This document shows, piece after piece, positions 37,730 through 46,955 of a stretch of 64,000 bases of DNA. This DNA is from Thermoplasmatota archaeon. Lineage in GTDB: Archaea; Thermoplasmatota; SW-10-69-26; JACQPN01; JAJPHT01. The position numbers and the translations under genes are program-made. The stretch is taken from assembly GCA_035526585.1 (NCBI GenBank), contig DATLCC010000102.1, positions 3,743-67,742 on the forward strand. Direction: 5' to 3'. The notes below the pieces were generated by a model, which had not been told where the DNA came from, did no database searches, and saw only the letters and a list, made by a program, of their open reading frames with translations. Numbering within the stretch: the stretch's first letter is position 1; each line of letters begins with the position of its first letter.

Positions 37730-38347
37730 TCAGGCCTCCCTGCGCGCGCGGGGCGGGCCGCGGGGGCCGCGGGGCGCGCGGGGCGCCTTCACGGCGTTCG
37801 GGTCGCGGTCCTCGACGAGCCACTCGAGCTTGCCAAGGCCGGGCTGGCGCATGGTGAGGCCGATCTTGGACTCGCGCGGGGAGAGCTCGTTGAGGCTCAC
37901 CGTGACGAGGCGGGCCCTGACCTTGTCTCCGAGCCCGACCCAGCGGCCGGTCTCCTTGCCCGTGAGGCGCTCGTTGCCGAGGTCCACGTTGAGGTAGTCG
38001 TTCATGATCTGCGACATGTGGAGCAGACCATCGAGGGGGCCGAAGCGGACGAAGGCGCCGAACTCGACGACCTCGCACACGGTGCCTTCCACGACCTCGC
38101 CGACCTCGGGCTTGAAGGCGAGCGCGTTGAACTTCACGCGCTGGTAGACCGCGCCATCGCCGTGGATGACGCGACCTTCGCCCAGGCGCTGGATGTCCGT
38201 GGCGAGGAGCGTGAAGCCGTACTTCTTGTTGAGCCGCCCCTCGAAGGAGCGGTGGACGAGCTCGCGGGCGACCGCATCTTGGTCCTCGCCGAGCTCGTTG
38301 GGCGGGATGCGGACGGTGTCTTCCATCTCGACGATCTGATAGACCAT
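37730..38347 (-). CDS. rpoE: DNA-directed RNA polymerase subunit E' (Rpo7)
   Basis: MVYQIVEMEDTVRIPP..., and an S1-like domain GEVVEGTVCEVVEFGAFVRFGPLDGLLHMSQI. Confidence 0.95.
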   Translation of the reverse strand: MVYQIVEMEDTVRIPPNELGEDQDAVARELVHRSFEGRLNKKYGFTLLATDIQRLGEGRVIHGDGAVYQRVKFNALAFKPEVGEVVEGTVCEVVEFGAFVRFGPLDGLLHMSQIMNDYLNVDLGNERLTGKETGRWVGLGDKVRARLVTVSLNELSPRESKIGLTMRQPGLGKLEWLVEDRDPNAVKAPRAPRGPRGPPRARREA

Positions 38348-38440
38348 GGTCTGACCTCCGTTGCGCCCTCGCCGCCTGACGGCGGCGAGGGAGGGAGCGC
38401 CCTGGCGGGCGCAGCGGATGGGCGGCCCATCCTGGACCGC

Positions 38441-38450
38441 CTATATAACC
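38441..38450 (-). promoter_or_regulatory. TATA box candidate for the rpo7 operon
   Basis: Minus strand GGTTATATAG, the only AT-rich patch in this spacer, about 95 nt upstream of ATG 38347. Confidence 0.35.
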
Positions 38451-38570
38451 GTTTGTCGGGCGAGGGCGCGGACTCGGGCGCGGGGTGGGGGCGGACGAGG
38501 GCGCGGAAGCGGCCGGCCCGCTCCCCGCCGCCCGCGTCCCGCCCCGCGCCCGCTTGCGCGCCCGCGCCCG

Positions 38571-39524
38571 TCACGGGCGCGACCGGCGCGCCAGCAGCGC
38601 GCCGATCGCGCGCGTGATCGGAAGCCCCGTCGCGTCCTCCAGCCAGAGCCACGCGGGCTCCGAGTTCGCTTCGAGGAAGACGTACTCGTCCTGGGGCGTG
38701 CGGATGAGGTCCACGCCGCTGTAGTCGAGCCCGCAGTCCTTCACGATCGCGGCGCACGCGCGCCGTACGGGCGCGGGGAGCTCCAGCTTCGTGTAGCGCA
38801 TCCCCTCCTCGTAGTGTCGCCAGTCGATACGCGTGCTCTCCTTCTCCTGCGAGTGGATCTCGACGGCGAACACCTTCGCGCCCACGACCGTCGCCCGCAC
38901 CTCGGTCCGCTTCTCCACGTACTCCTGCGCGAGCACCGGCGCGAGGCGCACGCTCTCCGCGTCGCTGATATCGTTCGAGGTGACGCGGCTCGTGAGCACG
39001 CGGCGCGACTCTGGCACGCCCGCGCTGCCGCTCGGAGATTTCACGGCCGCCGCGCGATGCTTGCGCACGAACGCGCGGAACTCCCGGGGGTCGCTCGTGA
39101 GGAGCGTCTCGGGGATCGCGAGCCCCCGCTCGCGCGCGAGGCGCAGCTGGAGCAGCTTGTCGCTCGAGGCGAGCGCGCGCCACGGATCGTTGACCCACGC
39201 GAAGCCGTGCGCCTGGCGCAGAGCCACGAGGCCCGCGATGGCGGCCGCGCGGGCGAAAGGGCGGGCGGCGCGCGCGAGCCCGGGCGCGAGGCGCACGCTC
39301 TCCGCGGAGGAGAACCAGCCGACCTTCGTCTCCGCCAGGTCGAGCGCGCCGATCCTTGCCCGCACCGGACCGCGCGGCCCGAGCGCCACGCTCAGGGTGG
39401 AGGAGGCGGGAAAAAGGCGAGGGTCGAGCACGCGCGGCTCGAGGCCGTGGCGCGGGAGCTCGTCGCAGAGCGCGACGACGTTGGGGTGGTCCGGGCGGCC
39501 CAGGAGGAGCGCGTGCCGATTCAT
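38571..39524 (-). CDS. MdnC/MvdD-like ATP-grasp ligase (candidate graspetide macrocyclase)
   Basis: 318 aa from ATG 39524. Blocks KLLQLRLARERGLAIPETLLTSDP, EVRATVVGAKVFAVEIHSQ...RIDWR, YSGVDLIRTPQDEYVFLEANSEPAWLWLE resemble the RiPP ATP-grasp family (from memory). Confidence 0.75.
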   Translation of the reverse strand: MNRHALLLGRPDHPNVVALCDELPRHGLEPRVLDPRLFPASSTLSVALGPRGPVRARIGALDLAETKVGWFSSAESVRLAPGLARAARPFARAAAIAGLVALRQAHGFAWVNDPWRALASSDKLLQLRLARERGLAIPETLLTSDPREFRAFVRKHRAAAVKSPSGSAGVPESRRVLTSRVTSNDISDAESVRLAPVLAQEYVEKRTEVRATVVGAKVFAVEIHSQEKESTRIDWRHYEEGMRYTKLELPAPVRRACAAIVKDCGLDYSGVDLIRTPQDEYVFLEANSEPAWLWLEDATGLPITRAIGALLARRSRP

Positions 39525-39622
39525 TGGCCTTCGTTCTTGATGGTCTCGCGATCGAAGGTGGCGCCGGCCGGACCGCGCGGGGTGGGCTCGGAGCGGGCGT
39601 AGAGGAAGGGCGTGCGCTTCAT
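39521..39622 (-). CDS. Candidate graspetide precursor peptide (33 aa), not in the ORF track
   Basis: ATG 39622...TGA 39521: MKRTPFLYARSEPTPRGPAGATFDRETIKNEGQ. ATGA overlap with the ligase start. G/C-rich third positions. PFLYAR leader-like motif and a T/D/E/K-rich C-terminus. Confidence 0.6.
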   Translation of the reverse strand: MKRTPFLYARSEPTPRGPAGATFDRETIKNEGQ

Positions 39623-39645
39623 GCAAGGAGCCTCAAGACCGTCAG

Positions 39646-39653
39646 GATAGTAA
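39646..39653 (-). promoter_or_regulatory. Possible TATA-like element upstream of the precursor ORF
   Basis: Minus strand TTACTATC, centred about 28 nt upstream of ATG 39622. Confidence 0.2.
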
Positions 39654-39675
39654 GAGCGTGTCGATAGGCCCGCTC

Positions 39676-40005
39676 CTACATCGAGGCCGGGCGCTTCGAC
39701 ATCGCCTCGATGTCGACGCTCTGCCAGGTCATCGAGGGGCCGAACTTGGCTTCGCTCGACTGCGGTTGGCTGACCCAGGTCTTGCTGTTGCCGCGCGTGA
39801 GGATGCCTCGCGAGTCGAGGAGCTCGAGGAGCGCGGCGACGTCGTCGGGGCGCATGTCGTCGCTCTCGATGCTGACGCTCACGTGGCGGTCCTGCCCGTT
39901 CTCGTCGTAGCGGAAGAGGACGCTCACCTGGTTGTCGCTCGCCTTCGCCGTGTCGACGTTCTTGAGCTTGCGACCCAGCTTCAGCTTGGTCTCGTACTCG
40001 GCCAT
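39676..40005 (-). CDS. Hypothetical protein (109 aa)
   Basis: ATG-initiated, charged, no family recognised. Visibly less GC-rich than its neighbours. Same strand, immediately upstream of the precursor/ligase pair. Confidence 0.55.
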   Translation of the reverse strand: MAEYETKLKLGRKLKNVDTAKASDNQVSVLFRYDENGQDRHVSVSIESDDMRPDDVAALLELLDSRGILTRGNSKTWVSQPQSSEAKFGPSMTWQSVDIEAMSKRPASM

Positions 40006-40051
40006 CCCACCCCGATTCGGCTCGGAAGGTTTGGCGCTTTCTAGAAGTCGG

Positions 40052-40636
40052 TCACGCCGGAACCGGGCGCACCCGGATCGTCCCGGTGCCCGTCCCCTGG
40101 CCGGAGAACTCGACGGTCCAGTCGCCCGGCACGACCGCGCCGCCGGTCGCCGTGCCGGCCATAGTGACGCCGCAGTGGACGTTGGACGGGTCGCCGGTCC
40201 CGGTCGAGGGCGCGGCGAAGGCGTCCGCGTGCGTCGAGCCGTCCGGGCGCTTCACGACCGCGTGCATCGGGCCGGCGCATGCGTACCCGGTGAGGGTCGT
40301 GCCGGGTTGGAAGTCGATCACGACCTCGAGCTGGACCGTGTTGTTCGGGATGGTGAACGTCTTCGTCTCGCCGGCCGTCGCGTAGTCGTGCGTGACGTTG
40401 AGCCAGAACGTCCCTGGCGGGGTCGGCACGGGCGGCGCCGGCGTGGACGCGGGCGTCGTGTTCGTCGGCTGCGGCGTCGGCACCGTCGTCGGCGTGGGCG
40501 TCGGCTCGGGCGTCGCGTCGGGGGTCGGCGACGCCTCGGGCGTCGAGGTGACCGGGGGCGTCGTCGTGCCGGCGGGCTTCGCGCAGCCGCTCACGAGGAG
40601 CGCGAGCACGAGGATCGAGGCGAGGACGACGCGCAC
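40052..40636 (-). CDS. Lipoprotein with Pro/Thr-rich linker, hypothetical
   Basis: MRVVLASILVLALLVSGC lipobox, a PT-rich stretch of about 60 aa, then a beta-rich domain. Confidence 0.7.
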   Translation of the reverse strand: MRVVLASILVLALLVSGCAKPAGTTTPPVTSTPEASPTPDATPEPTPTPTTVPTPQPTNTTPASTPAPPVPTPPGTFWLNVTHDYATAGETKTFTIPNNTVQLEVVIDFQPGTTLTGYACAGPMHAVVKRPDGSTHADAFAAPSTGTGDPSNVHCGVTMAGTATGGAVVPGDWTVEFSGQGTGTGTIRVRPVPA

Positions 40637-40647
40637 GTCTTCTCACC

Positions 40648-42768
40648 TCAGATGCCGACGAAGCTGTAGGTGACCACGAGGCCCGCGATGATGACGGAGA
40701 TCGTCGTCATCGCCTTGATGAGCGGGTTGATCGCGGGGCCCGCGGTGTCCTTGAAGGGGTCGCCGACCGTGTCGCCGACGACGGCGGCCTTGTGGGCGGG
40801 GCTCCCCTTGCCGCCGTGCACGCCGCTCTCGAAGCTCTTCTTCGCGTTGTCCCACGCGCCACCCGCGTTGGACATGAGGAGCGCGAGGGCGAAGCCGCCG
40901 ACGATCGTGCCCATGATCATGCCGCCAAGCGCCAGAGGGCCCAGGACGAAGCCCACGACGATCGGCGCGGCGACGGCGAGGCTGCCGGGGACGACCATCT
41001 CCTTGAGGGCCGCCTTCGTGACGATGGCGACGCAGGTCTGGTAGTCGGGCTTGCGCTTCCCGGCCATGATCTGGCCGTCGGCGAACTGGCGGCGCACCTC
41101 GTTCACGACGGCGTGCGCGGCGCGCCCGACGGCGGCCATCGCGTAGCTGCTGAAGAGGAAGACGATCGCCGCGCCCAGGAGGAGGCCCGAGAGGACGAAG
41201 GGGTTGCTGACCTCGAAGACGATGCTCTTCGAGGCGTCGAGGAGCGCGGCTGCGTGCGCGCTCTCGTTGGCGTGGTCGACGAAGTCGGCGAAGAGGACGA
41301 GGGCCGCGAGCGCGGCGCTGCCGATCGCGTACCCCTTCGTCGTCGCCTTCGTCGTGTTGCCCACGGCGTCCAGCGCGTCGGTGACCTTGCGCACGTCGGG
41401 CGGGAGCTCCGACATCTCGGCGACTCCGCCCGCGTTGTCGGTGATCGGACCGTACGTGTCGAGCGCGACGACCATGCCGGCCACGGAGAGCATGCCGACG
41501 GCGGCCATCGCGACGCCGTAGAGGCCGAGCCCGGCGCCCGCGGCGTTGCCGAGCATGTAGCTCGAGATGATGCCGGCCACGACGAAGAGGACCGGGATGA
41601 AGACGGACTGGAGGCCCACCGCGAGGCCCTGGATGATGTTCGTCGCGGGGCCGGTCGTCGAGGCGTCCACGATCCCCTTCACGGGCGCGTAGCCCTGGCT
41701 CGTGAAGTAGTCCGTGACGAAGACGAGCGCGAGCGTGAGGATCAGGCCGATGATCGCGGCGAACAGGAAGTTCACGTGGATCGTCGGGAACACGTAGGCC
41801 CACACGAGGGCGAAGCCGATCGCGCTCACGCAGCAGGTCGCGATGACGCCCATGTACAGGGCGTTCATGATGTTCTCGTTCTTCGGCAGGCGCACGAAGA
41901 AGATGCCGACGATGCTCGCGACGATGGCGAAGGCGCCAAGCGTCAGCGGGAAGAGGATGCCGGCCTCGCCGTACGCGGCGAAGACGCCGGCCGTCGCGGC
42001 GAGCGTCATCGCGGCGACGAGCGTCACGACGTACGTCTCGAAGAGGTCGGCGCCCATGCCGGCGCAGTCGCCGACGTTGTCGCCGACGTTGTCCGCGATG
42101 ACGGCGGGGTTGCGCGGGTCGTCCTCGGGGATCCCTGCCTCGACCTTGCCGACGAGGTCGGCGCCGACGTCGGCGGCCTTCGTGTAGATGCCGCCGGCGA
42201 TGCGCGCGAAGAGCGTGATGAGCGACGCGCCGAACGCGAAGCCGATGAGGTTCAGGGGCGTCTCCTGGACGGTGAGGCCGAAGACGCGCTGGAAGGAGAT
42301 ATAGAGGCCGCCCAGGCCGATGATGCCCAGGCCCACGACGGCGAAGCCGTTGACCGCGCCTGCGCGGAACGAGAGCGCGAGCGCGGGCTTGATGCCGCCG
42401 CGAGCGGCCTCCGCGACGCGCGCGTTCGAGGACACGCTGATCCACATGCCGATGTAGCCCGCGAGCGCGGAAAGGAGCGCGCCGATGACGAAGCCACCGG
42501 CCGTGAAGTACCAGAAGGCCTTGCCCGTGGCGACGCCCACGCCGGCGAAGACGATCGTGAGGATCGCCGCGAAGATGGCGACGACCTGGTACTCGACCTT
42601 GAGGAAGGCGAACGCGCCCTCGCGGACGGCGCCCTGGATCTCCTGCATGCGCGCGTTCCCGCGGCTCTTCGAGAGGATGGTGGAGGCGAGGTAGGCCGCG
42701 AAGGCGAGGGCGACGATGCCCGCGAGCGGACCGAGGTAGGAAACGGTGGCGAAGTCCAACGGGATCAC
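40648..42768 (-). CDS. hppA: Membrane-bound H+-translocating pyrophosphatase
   Basis: 706 aa, about 16 hydrophobic spans, with [38 protein letters not shown], and [14 protein letters not shown] motifs. Confidence 0.95.
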   Translation of the reverse strand: MIPLDFATVSYLGPLAGIVALAFAAYLASTILSKSRGNARMQEIQGAVREGAFAFLKVEYQVVAIFAAILTIVFAGVGVATGKAFWYFTAGGFVIGALLSALAGYIGMWISVSSNARVAEAARGGIKPALALSFRAGAVNGFAVVGLGIIGLGGLYISFQRVFGLTVQETPLNLIGFAFGASLITLFARIAGGIYTKAADVGADLVGKVEAGIPEDDPRNPAVIADNVGDNVGDCAGMGADLFETYVVTLVAAMTLAATAGVFAAYGEAGILFPLTLGAFAIVASIVGIFFVRLPKNENIMNALYMGVIATCCVSAIGFALVWAYVFPTIHVNFLFAAIIGLILTLALVFVTDYFTSQGYAPVKGIVDASTTGPATNIIQGLAVGLQSVFIPVLFVVAGIISSYMLGNAAGAGLGLYGVAMAAVGMLSVAGMVVALDTYGPITDNAGGVAEMSELPPDVRKVTDALDAVGNTTKATTKGYAIGSAALAALVLFADFVDHANESAHAAALLDASKSIVFEVSNPFVLSGLLLGAAIVFLFSSYAMAAVGRAAHAVVNEVRRQFADGQIMAGKRKPDYQTCVAIVTKAALKEMVVPGSLAVAAPIVVGFVLGPLALGGMIMGTIVGGFALALLMSNAGGAWDNAKKSFESGVHGGKGSPAHKAAVVGDTVGDPFKDTAGPAINPLIKAMTTISVIIAGLVVTYSFVGI

Positions 42769-42917
42769 CGGATGCCGGCCAGCGGCCGGCGGGGTCGCGC
42801 GGCCATTCTAGAAGGCCGGTATGAGGCTTTCGGGGCGAGTCGGGCGTGCGCGCGGGCGAGCGCGCGGGCGCCGGAACGCGCGCGCTTCGCGTGCCCGCGC
42901 CCCTCGCCCGGACTGGC

Positions 42918-42926
42918 TTTTATGTA
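42918..42926 (+). promoter_or_regulatory. TATA box candidate for aspS
   Basis: TTTTATGTA, centred about 29 nt upstream of ATG 42951 (implies a leaderless or very short leader mRNA). Confidence 0.4.
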
Positions 42927-42950
42927 GAGGTCCCATCATCGCGCGCCCAT

Positions 42951-44306
42951 ATGACCGTCGACCTCCGGCAGCGCAAGTACGCCCTCGACATCCACGGCAA
43001 GGAGATGGACGGCCAGGAGGTCGTCGTCGCGGGGTGGATGCAGGAGATCCGCGACATGGGGAAGATGGCGTTCATCATCCTCCGCGACCGCTCCGGCACG
43101 CTGCAGGTGTTCGCGATGAAGGCGAAGGTGGACGAGGCGCTCTACCTGACGCTCACGAAGGACCTGCAGCGCGAGTCGGTGATCGCGGTGCGCGGCCACG
43201 TGAAGGCCAGCGACAAGGCGAGGAACGGCTACGAGATCATCCCGTCGGAGGTCCGTGTGCTGAACCCTGCCGAGGCGCCGCTCCCCATGGGGATCGTGGA
43301 CAAGGTCGACGTGGATTTCGAGACGCGGCTCGACAACCGGTTCCTCGACCTGCGCAAGCCCGACGTCGCCGCGATCTTCCGCGTGCGCTCGGCGCTCGTG
43401 AAGGCGGGCATCGACTCGTTCACGCGGATGGGCTTCTGCCAGGTGCACACGCCGCGCATCATCGGCGCGTCCTCCGAAGGCGGCACGGACCTCTTCCCGG
43501 TCAAGTACTTCGAGAAGGACGCGTACCTCGCGCAATCGCCGCAGCTCTACAAGCAGATGCTGATGGCGACCGGCATGGACCGCCAGTTCGAGGTCGCGAC
43601 GTACTTCCGCGCCGAGAAGCACAACTCGTACCGGCACCTGAACGAGGTCACCGCGTTCGACGTGGAGATGGCGTTCATCGAGAGCGAGGAGGAGGTCCTC
43701 CACGTGCTCGAGACCGCCGTGCGCGACATGTGGGCGGGCGTGCACGAGCACTGCAGGTCCGAGCTCGCGATCCTCCAGAAGGAGGTCAAGGTCCCCGCCC
43801 TGCCCTTCCCCCGCGTCCACTACGACGACGCGCTGAAGATGGTGAACGAGACGAAGCGGTGGACCAACGACAAGGGCGAGGTCGCCGAGATCCCCTGGGG
43901 CGACGACCTCAACGCCGCGGCCGAGAAGATCCTCGGCGACGTCATGGTCGCGAAGGGGCACCACTTCTACTTCATCACGAAGTACCCCGAGACGATCCGC
44001 CCCTTCTACACGTACGTGGAGGAGGGCACGGCTGTCACGCGCAGCTTCGATCTCGAGCACAACGGCTTGGAGGTCACGAGCGGCGCGCAGCGCCAGCACG
44101 ACCCGAAGAAGCTCGAGAGCCGCATCCGCGACAAGGGGCTCGACCCCGCGGACTTCACGGACTACCTCAAGCCCTTCCGCTACGGCATGCCGCCGCACGG
44201 GGGATTCGGATTGGGCATCGACCGGCTCACGATGGAAGTGCTCGGGCTCGCGAACGTGCGCGAGGCGGTCCTCTTTCCGCGGGACCGCACGCGCCTCGCG
44301 CCGTAG
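42951..44306 (+). CDS. aspS: Aspartyl-tRNA synthetase, archaeal/eukaryal type
   Basis: OB-fold N-terminus (VVVAGWMQEIRDMGKMAFIILRDRSG). Class II motifs FRAEKHNSYRHLNE and GMPPHGGFGLGIDRL. About 451 aa with no bacterial insertion domain. Confidence 0.95.
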   Translation: MTVDLRQRKYALDIHGKEMDGQEVVVAGWMQEIRDMGKMAFIILRDRSGTLQVFAMKAKVDEALYLTLTKDLQRESVIAVRGHVKASDKARNGYEIIPSEVRVLNPAEAPLPMGIVDKVDVDFETRLDNRFLDLRKPDVAAIFRVRSALVKAGIDSFTRMGFCQVHTPRIIGASSEGGTDLFPVKYFEKDAYLAQSPQLYKQMLMATGMDRQFEVATYFRAEKHNSYRHLNEVTAFDVEMAFIESEEEVLHVLETAVRDMWAGVHEHCRSELAILQKEVKVPALPFPRVHYDDALKMVNETKRWTNDKGEVAEIPWGDDLNAAAEKILGDVMVAKGHHFYFITKYPETIRPFYTYVEEGTAVTRSFDLEHNGLEVTSGAQRQHDPKKLESRIRDKGLDPADFTDYLKPFRYGMPPHGGFGLGIDRLTMEVLGLANVREAVLFPRDRTRLAP

Positions 44307-44385
44307 GCGCACTCGGCATCGAGCACCTGCCCATCGCACGCTCCACGTCGAACGGAACCACGGCGCTCTCGAAGGACACGAAGAC

Positions 44386-44928
44386 GTGACGGGGTCGTCG
44401 TCGGGGGCGGCGCAAGCTTGGGCGGGACATCCGCTCGGTTGGCAGAAGATTCTTGCGAGGCCCGGACTCCTTGGGGACTCGGTGGCCGCCGCCCCAGTAC
44501 GCGACGAGATCGTGGTCCTGCTCGTGGACGACGATCCGTTCATCCGCGAATTCCTGCCCCTCCTCGTCCTCCGCGGCGCCCCTCCGGGTACGCCGCTCCC
44601 CCGCATCGAGGTCGCGCAGGCGCCCGAGGAGGCGCTTGCGCTGAGCGGCTCGCTGAAGGCGACGCGCCTCGTCGTGGTCTCGGATTTTGATCTCAAGACC
44701 GCGACGACGGGCCTCGACCTTCTCGTCGAGATGGCGCGCCGCCGGCCCGATTCGGTGCGGATCCTCCTCAGCGGGCACCGCCGCGTCGAGCTGGGCTCCC
44801 TGGTCGATCACCCCGAGCACGTGCAGTGCTTCCTGGAGAAGCCGTTCAAGCTGCAGGAGCTGATCGCCCCCCTCTGGCAGGCGATCCTCACGGGCCTCGC
44901 GACGCGGGATCCTCGTCAGGGATCGTGA
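44386..44928 (+). CDS. Stand-alone response regulator receiver
   Basis: VLLVDDDPFIREFL, VVSDFDL, LLSGH, FLEKPF. GTG start is uncertain. The 3' end overlaps the convergent kinase gene by 41 nt. Confidence 0.7.
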   Translation: MTGSSSGAAQAWAGHPLGWQKILARPGLLGDSVAAAPVRDEIVVLLVDDDPFIREFLPLLVLRGAPPGTPLPRIEVAQAPEEALALSGSLKATRLVVVSDFDLKTATTGLDLLVEMARRRPDSVRILLSGHRRVELGSLVDHPEHVQCFLEKPFKLQELIAPLWQAILTGLATRDPRQGS

Positions 44929-46144
44929 ACCGGAACACGCTCCCCTTCCCTCGTCCCTGGCTCTCGACCCAGATGCGCCCGCCATGGCGCTCGACGATCT
45001 TCTTGCAGAGGGCGAGCCCCATCCCGGTCCCAGGATGGCGCCCCCGCGGATCGAGGCGCGTGAAGATGGTGAAGAGGCGCGGGACGTCGACGGGATCGAT
45101 GCCGAGCCCTTCGTCCTTGACGCTGAAATGCCAGGCGCGCCCCTCGCGGCGCGCGTCGATCTCGATGCGAGGCGGGGCGCCGGGGGCGGTGAACTTGATC
45201 GCGTTCTGGACGAGGTTCTGGAACACGCGTGGCAGATGCACGGGGTCCCCATGGATGGCGGGGAGGTCGCCGACGCGGATCTTCGCGCGCGCTTCGCGGA
45301 TGGCGACGTCGAGCGATTCGAGGACGTCCGCCACCGCCTTCTTCGTGTCGACGATCTGCCCCGAGCCCCCCTTGTCCGCGGACGAGTATTCGAGGAGCGC
45401 CCGCACGAGCTCGTGCATCCGCGAGGTCCCGGCTGCCGCGCGCTCGAGGAGGAGCCGCTGGCCGGCGTCGAGCGAGAGCTTGTCGTCCTCGAGGAGCATG
45501 TGGACGCTCGTGCCGATCGCGCGCAGCGGCTCCTGGATGTCGTGGGAGGCGACGTACGCGAACTCGCGGAGCTCCGCGTTGGAGCGCTCCAGCTCGAGCG
45601 CGGTCCGCGTCAATTCCGAGATGTCCGTCACGATGAGGCAGACGTGCGGGACGCTGTCGCCCTCGCGCACGAGGAACGAGCCGCTCGCCACGAGCGCGGG
45701 GACGCGGGTCCCGTCCACGGCGAGGATCGGGATCTCCAGTGAGACGCCAGCCGTGGGCTCCTTGACGAGGCGCTGGATCGAGGGGCGGTCGGTCTCGTCG
45801 ACGAAATCGTGGATCGAGCGCGCGAGGACCCGATCCAGCGTCGTCCTCGCAAGCTGCGCGAACCGCGCGTTCGCGTACACGATGGTCCCGTCGGGCGCGA
45901 GCGTCAGCGCACCTTCCGCCATCGTCTCGACAAGGATGCGAAAAGGATGGTCGGCGCCTTCGAGCGTGTAGGCGCGCTCGCCTCGCGGTCCGCTCACGAC
46001 GATCGCGTCGACCTCGCCCGACCTGATCGCGTCAAGCGTCGCCTCGGCCTCCTCGAGCCTTGCGCGCAGCCGCTCCCACTCCTTCTCGCTCCGGCGCCCG
46101 GGCTTCGCGGCCTTGCGGGAGCGCGCTCCCTTCTTCGAGGTCAT
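44888..46144 (-). CDS. Soluble PAS histidine kinase, last gene of the kai operon
   Basis: PAS block, H-box FAYVASHDIQEPLR, N-box QNLVQNAIKF, DEGLGI, GTGMGLALC. Its ATG overlaps the kaiB-2 stop (ATGA). Confidence 0.85.
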   Translation of the reverse strand: MTSKKGARSRKAAKPGRRSEKEWERLRARLEEAEATLDAIRSGEVDAIVVSGPRGERAYTLEGADHPFRILVETMAEGALTLAPDGTIVYANARFAQLARTTLDRVLARSIHDFVDETDRPSIQRLVKEPTAGVSLEIPILAVDGTRVPALVASGSFLVREGDSVPHVCLIVTDISELTRTALELERSNAELREFAYVASHDIQEPLRAIGTSVHMLLEDDKLSLDAGQRLLLERAAAGTSRMHELVRALLEYSSADKGGSGQIVDTKKAVADVLESLDVAIREARAKIRVGDLPAIHGDPVHLPRVFQNLVQNAIKFTAPGAPPRIEIDARREGRAWHFSVKDEGLGIDPVDVPRLFTIFTRLDPRGRHPGTGMGLALCKKIVERHGGRIWVESQGRGKGSVFRFTIPDEDPASRGP

Positions 46145-46575
46145 CCCTTCTTCGCCGCCCTCGCCGCGGCCTCGATGGCGGCGGCGCGTTTGAGGTCCAG
46201 GCCGAGGAGTACGCGTTCGCGTGCGCTTAGATCCCCGACCAGGCGGCGGATCGGGGCGGGGAGCTTCCGGATGAGCGTCGGGACGGCGACGATCTGCTCG
46301 CCTCGCGCGAGCGCGGGCTGCTGGTAGATGTCGATCACCTGGAGATCGTAGCGGCCTTCGAGGTGGACGTCGCAGATCTGCTTGATCGTCTCCACGGCGC
46401 GTAGCGACGCGGGGGTCGCGCCGGTCACGTAGAGCTTGAGGACGAAGCGATCCCTGCGCGCCGCGCGCGCCTTCGTCCGCGAGGACGCGGGGCGACGGGC
46501 GGGCATCTTCGTCGACGTGCGTCGCCCCTTCTTGGCGCCCTCCTTGGGCGCCGGCGCAGCGCGCTTCCGGGTCAT
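46141..46575 (-). CDS. kaiB: KaiB-family protein (copy 2) with basic N-terminal tail
   Basis: Core [26 protein letters not shown]...[21 protein letters not shown], preceded by about 43 Lys/Arg/Ala-rich residues. ATG overlaps the kaiB-1 stop. Confidence 0.8.
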   Translation of the reverse strand: MTRKRAAPAPKEGAKKGRRTSTKMPARRPASSRTKARAARRDRFVLKLYVTGATPASLRAVETIKQICDVHLEGRYDLQVIDIYQQPALARGEQIVAVPTLIRKLPAPIRRLVGDLSARERVLLGLDLKRAAAIEAAARAAKKG

Positions 46576-46955
46576 CGGCGCCGCTCCTGGTCGGGACGCA
46601 CCTGAAGTCCGACGAGCGTGCGCTCCTCGTTGCTGAGGTCCCCGATGATCTTCTTCACGGGCGGAGGAAGGCGCCGCACGAGCGTCGGGACGGCGATGAT
46701 CTCGTCGCCGCGCGCAAGCTTCGGATCCACGAGGAGGTCCACGACCTCGATCGAGTAGCGACCCTTGAGATGCACCTCGCAGAGCCGCTGCAGGTTCTCC
46801 AATGCGGCCAACGACTTGGGCGTCTGCCCAGCCACGTAGAGCCTGAGCTTCCAGCGCTCGGCCTTGGGCCTCGCGGCCTTGGCGGGGACCGGACGAGCCT
46901 TGCTCGTCTTCTTCGCGCCCTTCGCGCCTTTCCTGGCCTGCTTGGCCTTCGCCAT
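46572..46955 (-). CDS. kaiB: KaiB-family protein (copy 1) with basic N-terminal tail
   Basis: Core [26 protein letters not shown]...[21 protein letters not shown], preceded by about 34 Lys/Arg/Ala-rich residues. ATG shares one base with the kaiC TGA. Confidence 0.85.
   Translation of the reverse strand: MAKAKQARKGAKGAKKTSKARPVPAKAARPKAERWKLRLYVAGQTPKSLAALENLQRLCEVHLKGRYSIEVVDLLVDPKLARGDEIIAVPTLVRRLPPPVKKIIGDLSNEERTLVGLQVRPDQERRR

Noticed and set aside
38571-39626. Track version of the ATP-grasp ORF, with 34 extra N-terminal residues from a TTG start (MHEAHALPLRPLRAHPARSGRR...).
   Set aside because: The extension is Arg/Pro-rich shadow sequence overlapping the better-biased 33-codon ORF in another frame. 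ATG 39524 gives an N-terminus (MNRHALLLG...) typical of ATP-grasp enzymes and forms an ATGA junction.
39676-40005. The 109-aa protein as the RiPP precursor, or as a PqqD-like recognition element for the ATP-grasp ligase.
   Set aside because: It is too long and lacks a leader-like PF..AR motif and a C-terminal donor/acceptor cluster. Graspetide ligases are known to bind leaders directly. I recognise no RRE signature, so it is kept only as a hypothetical neighbour.
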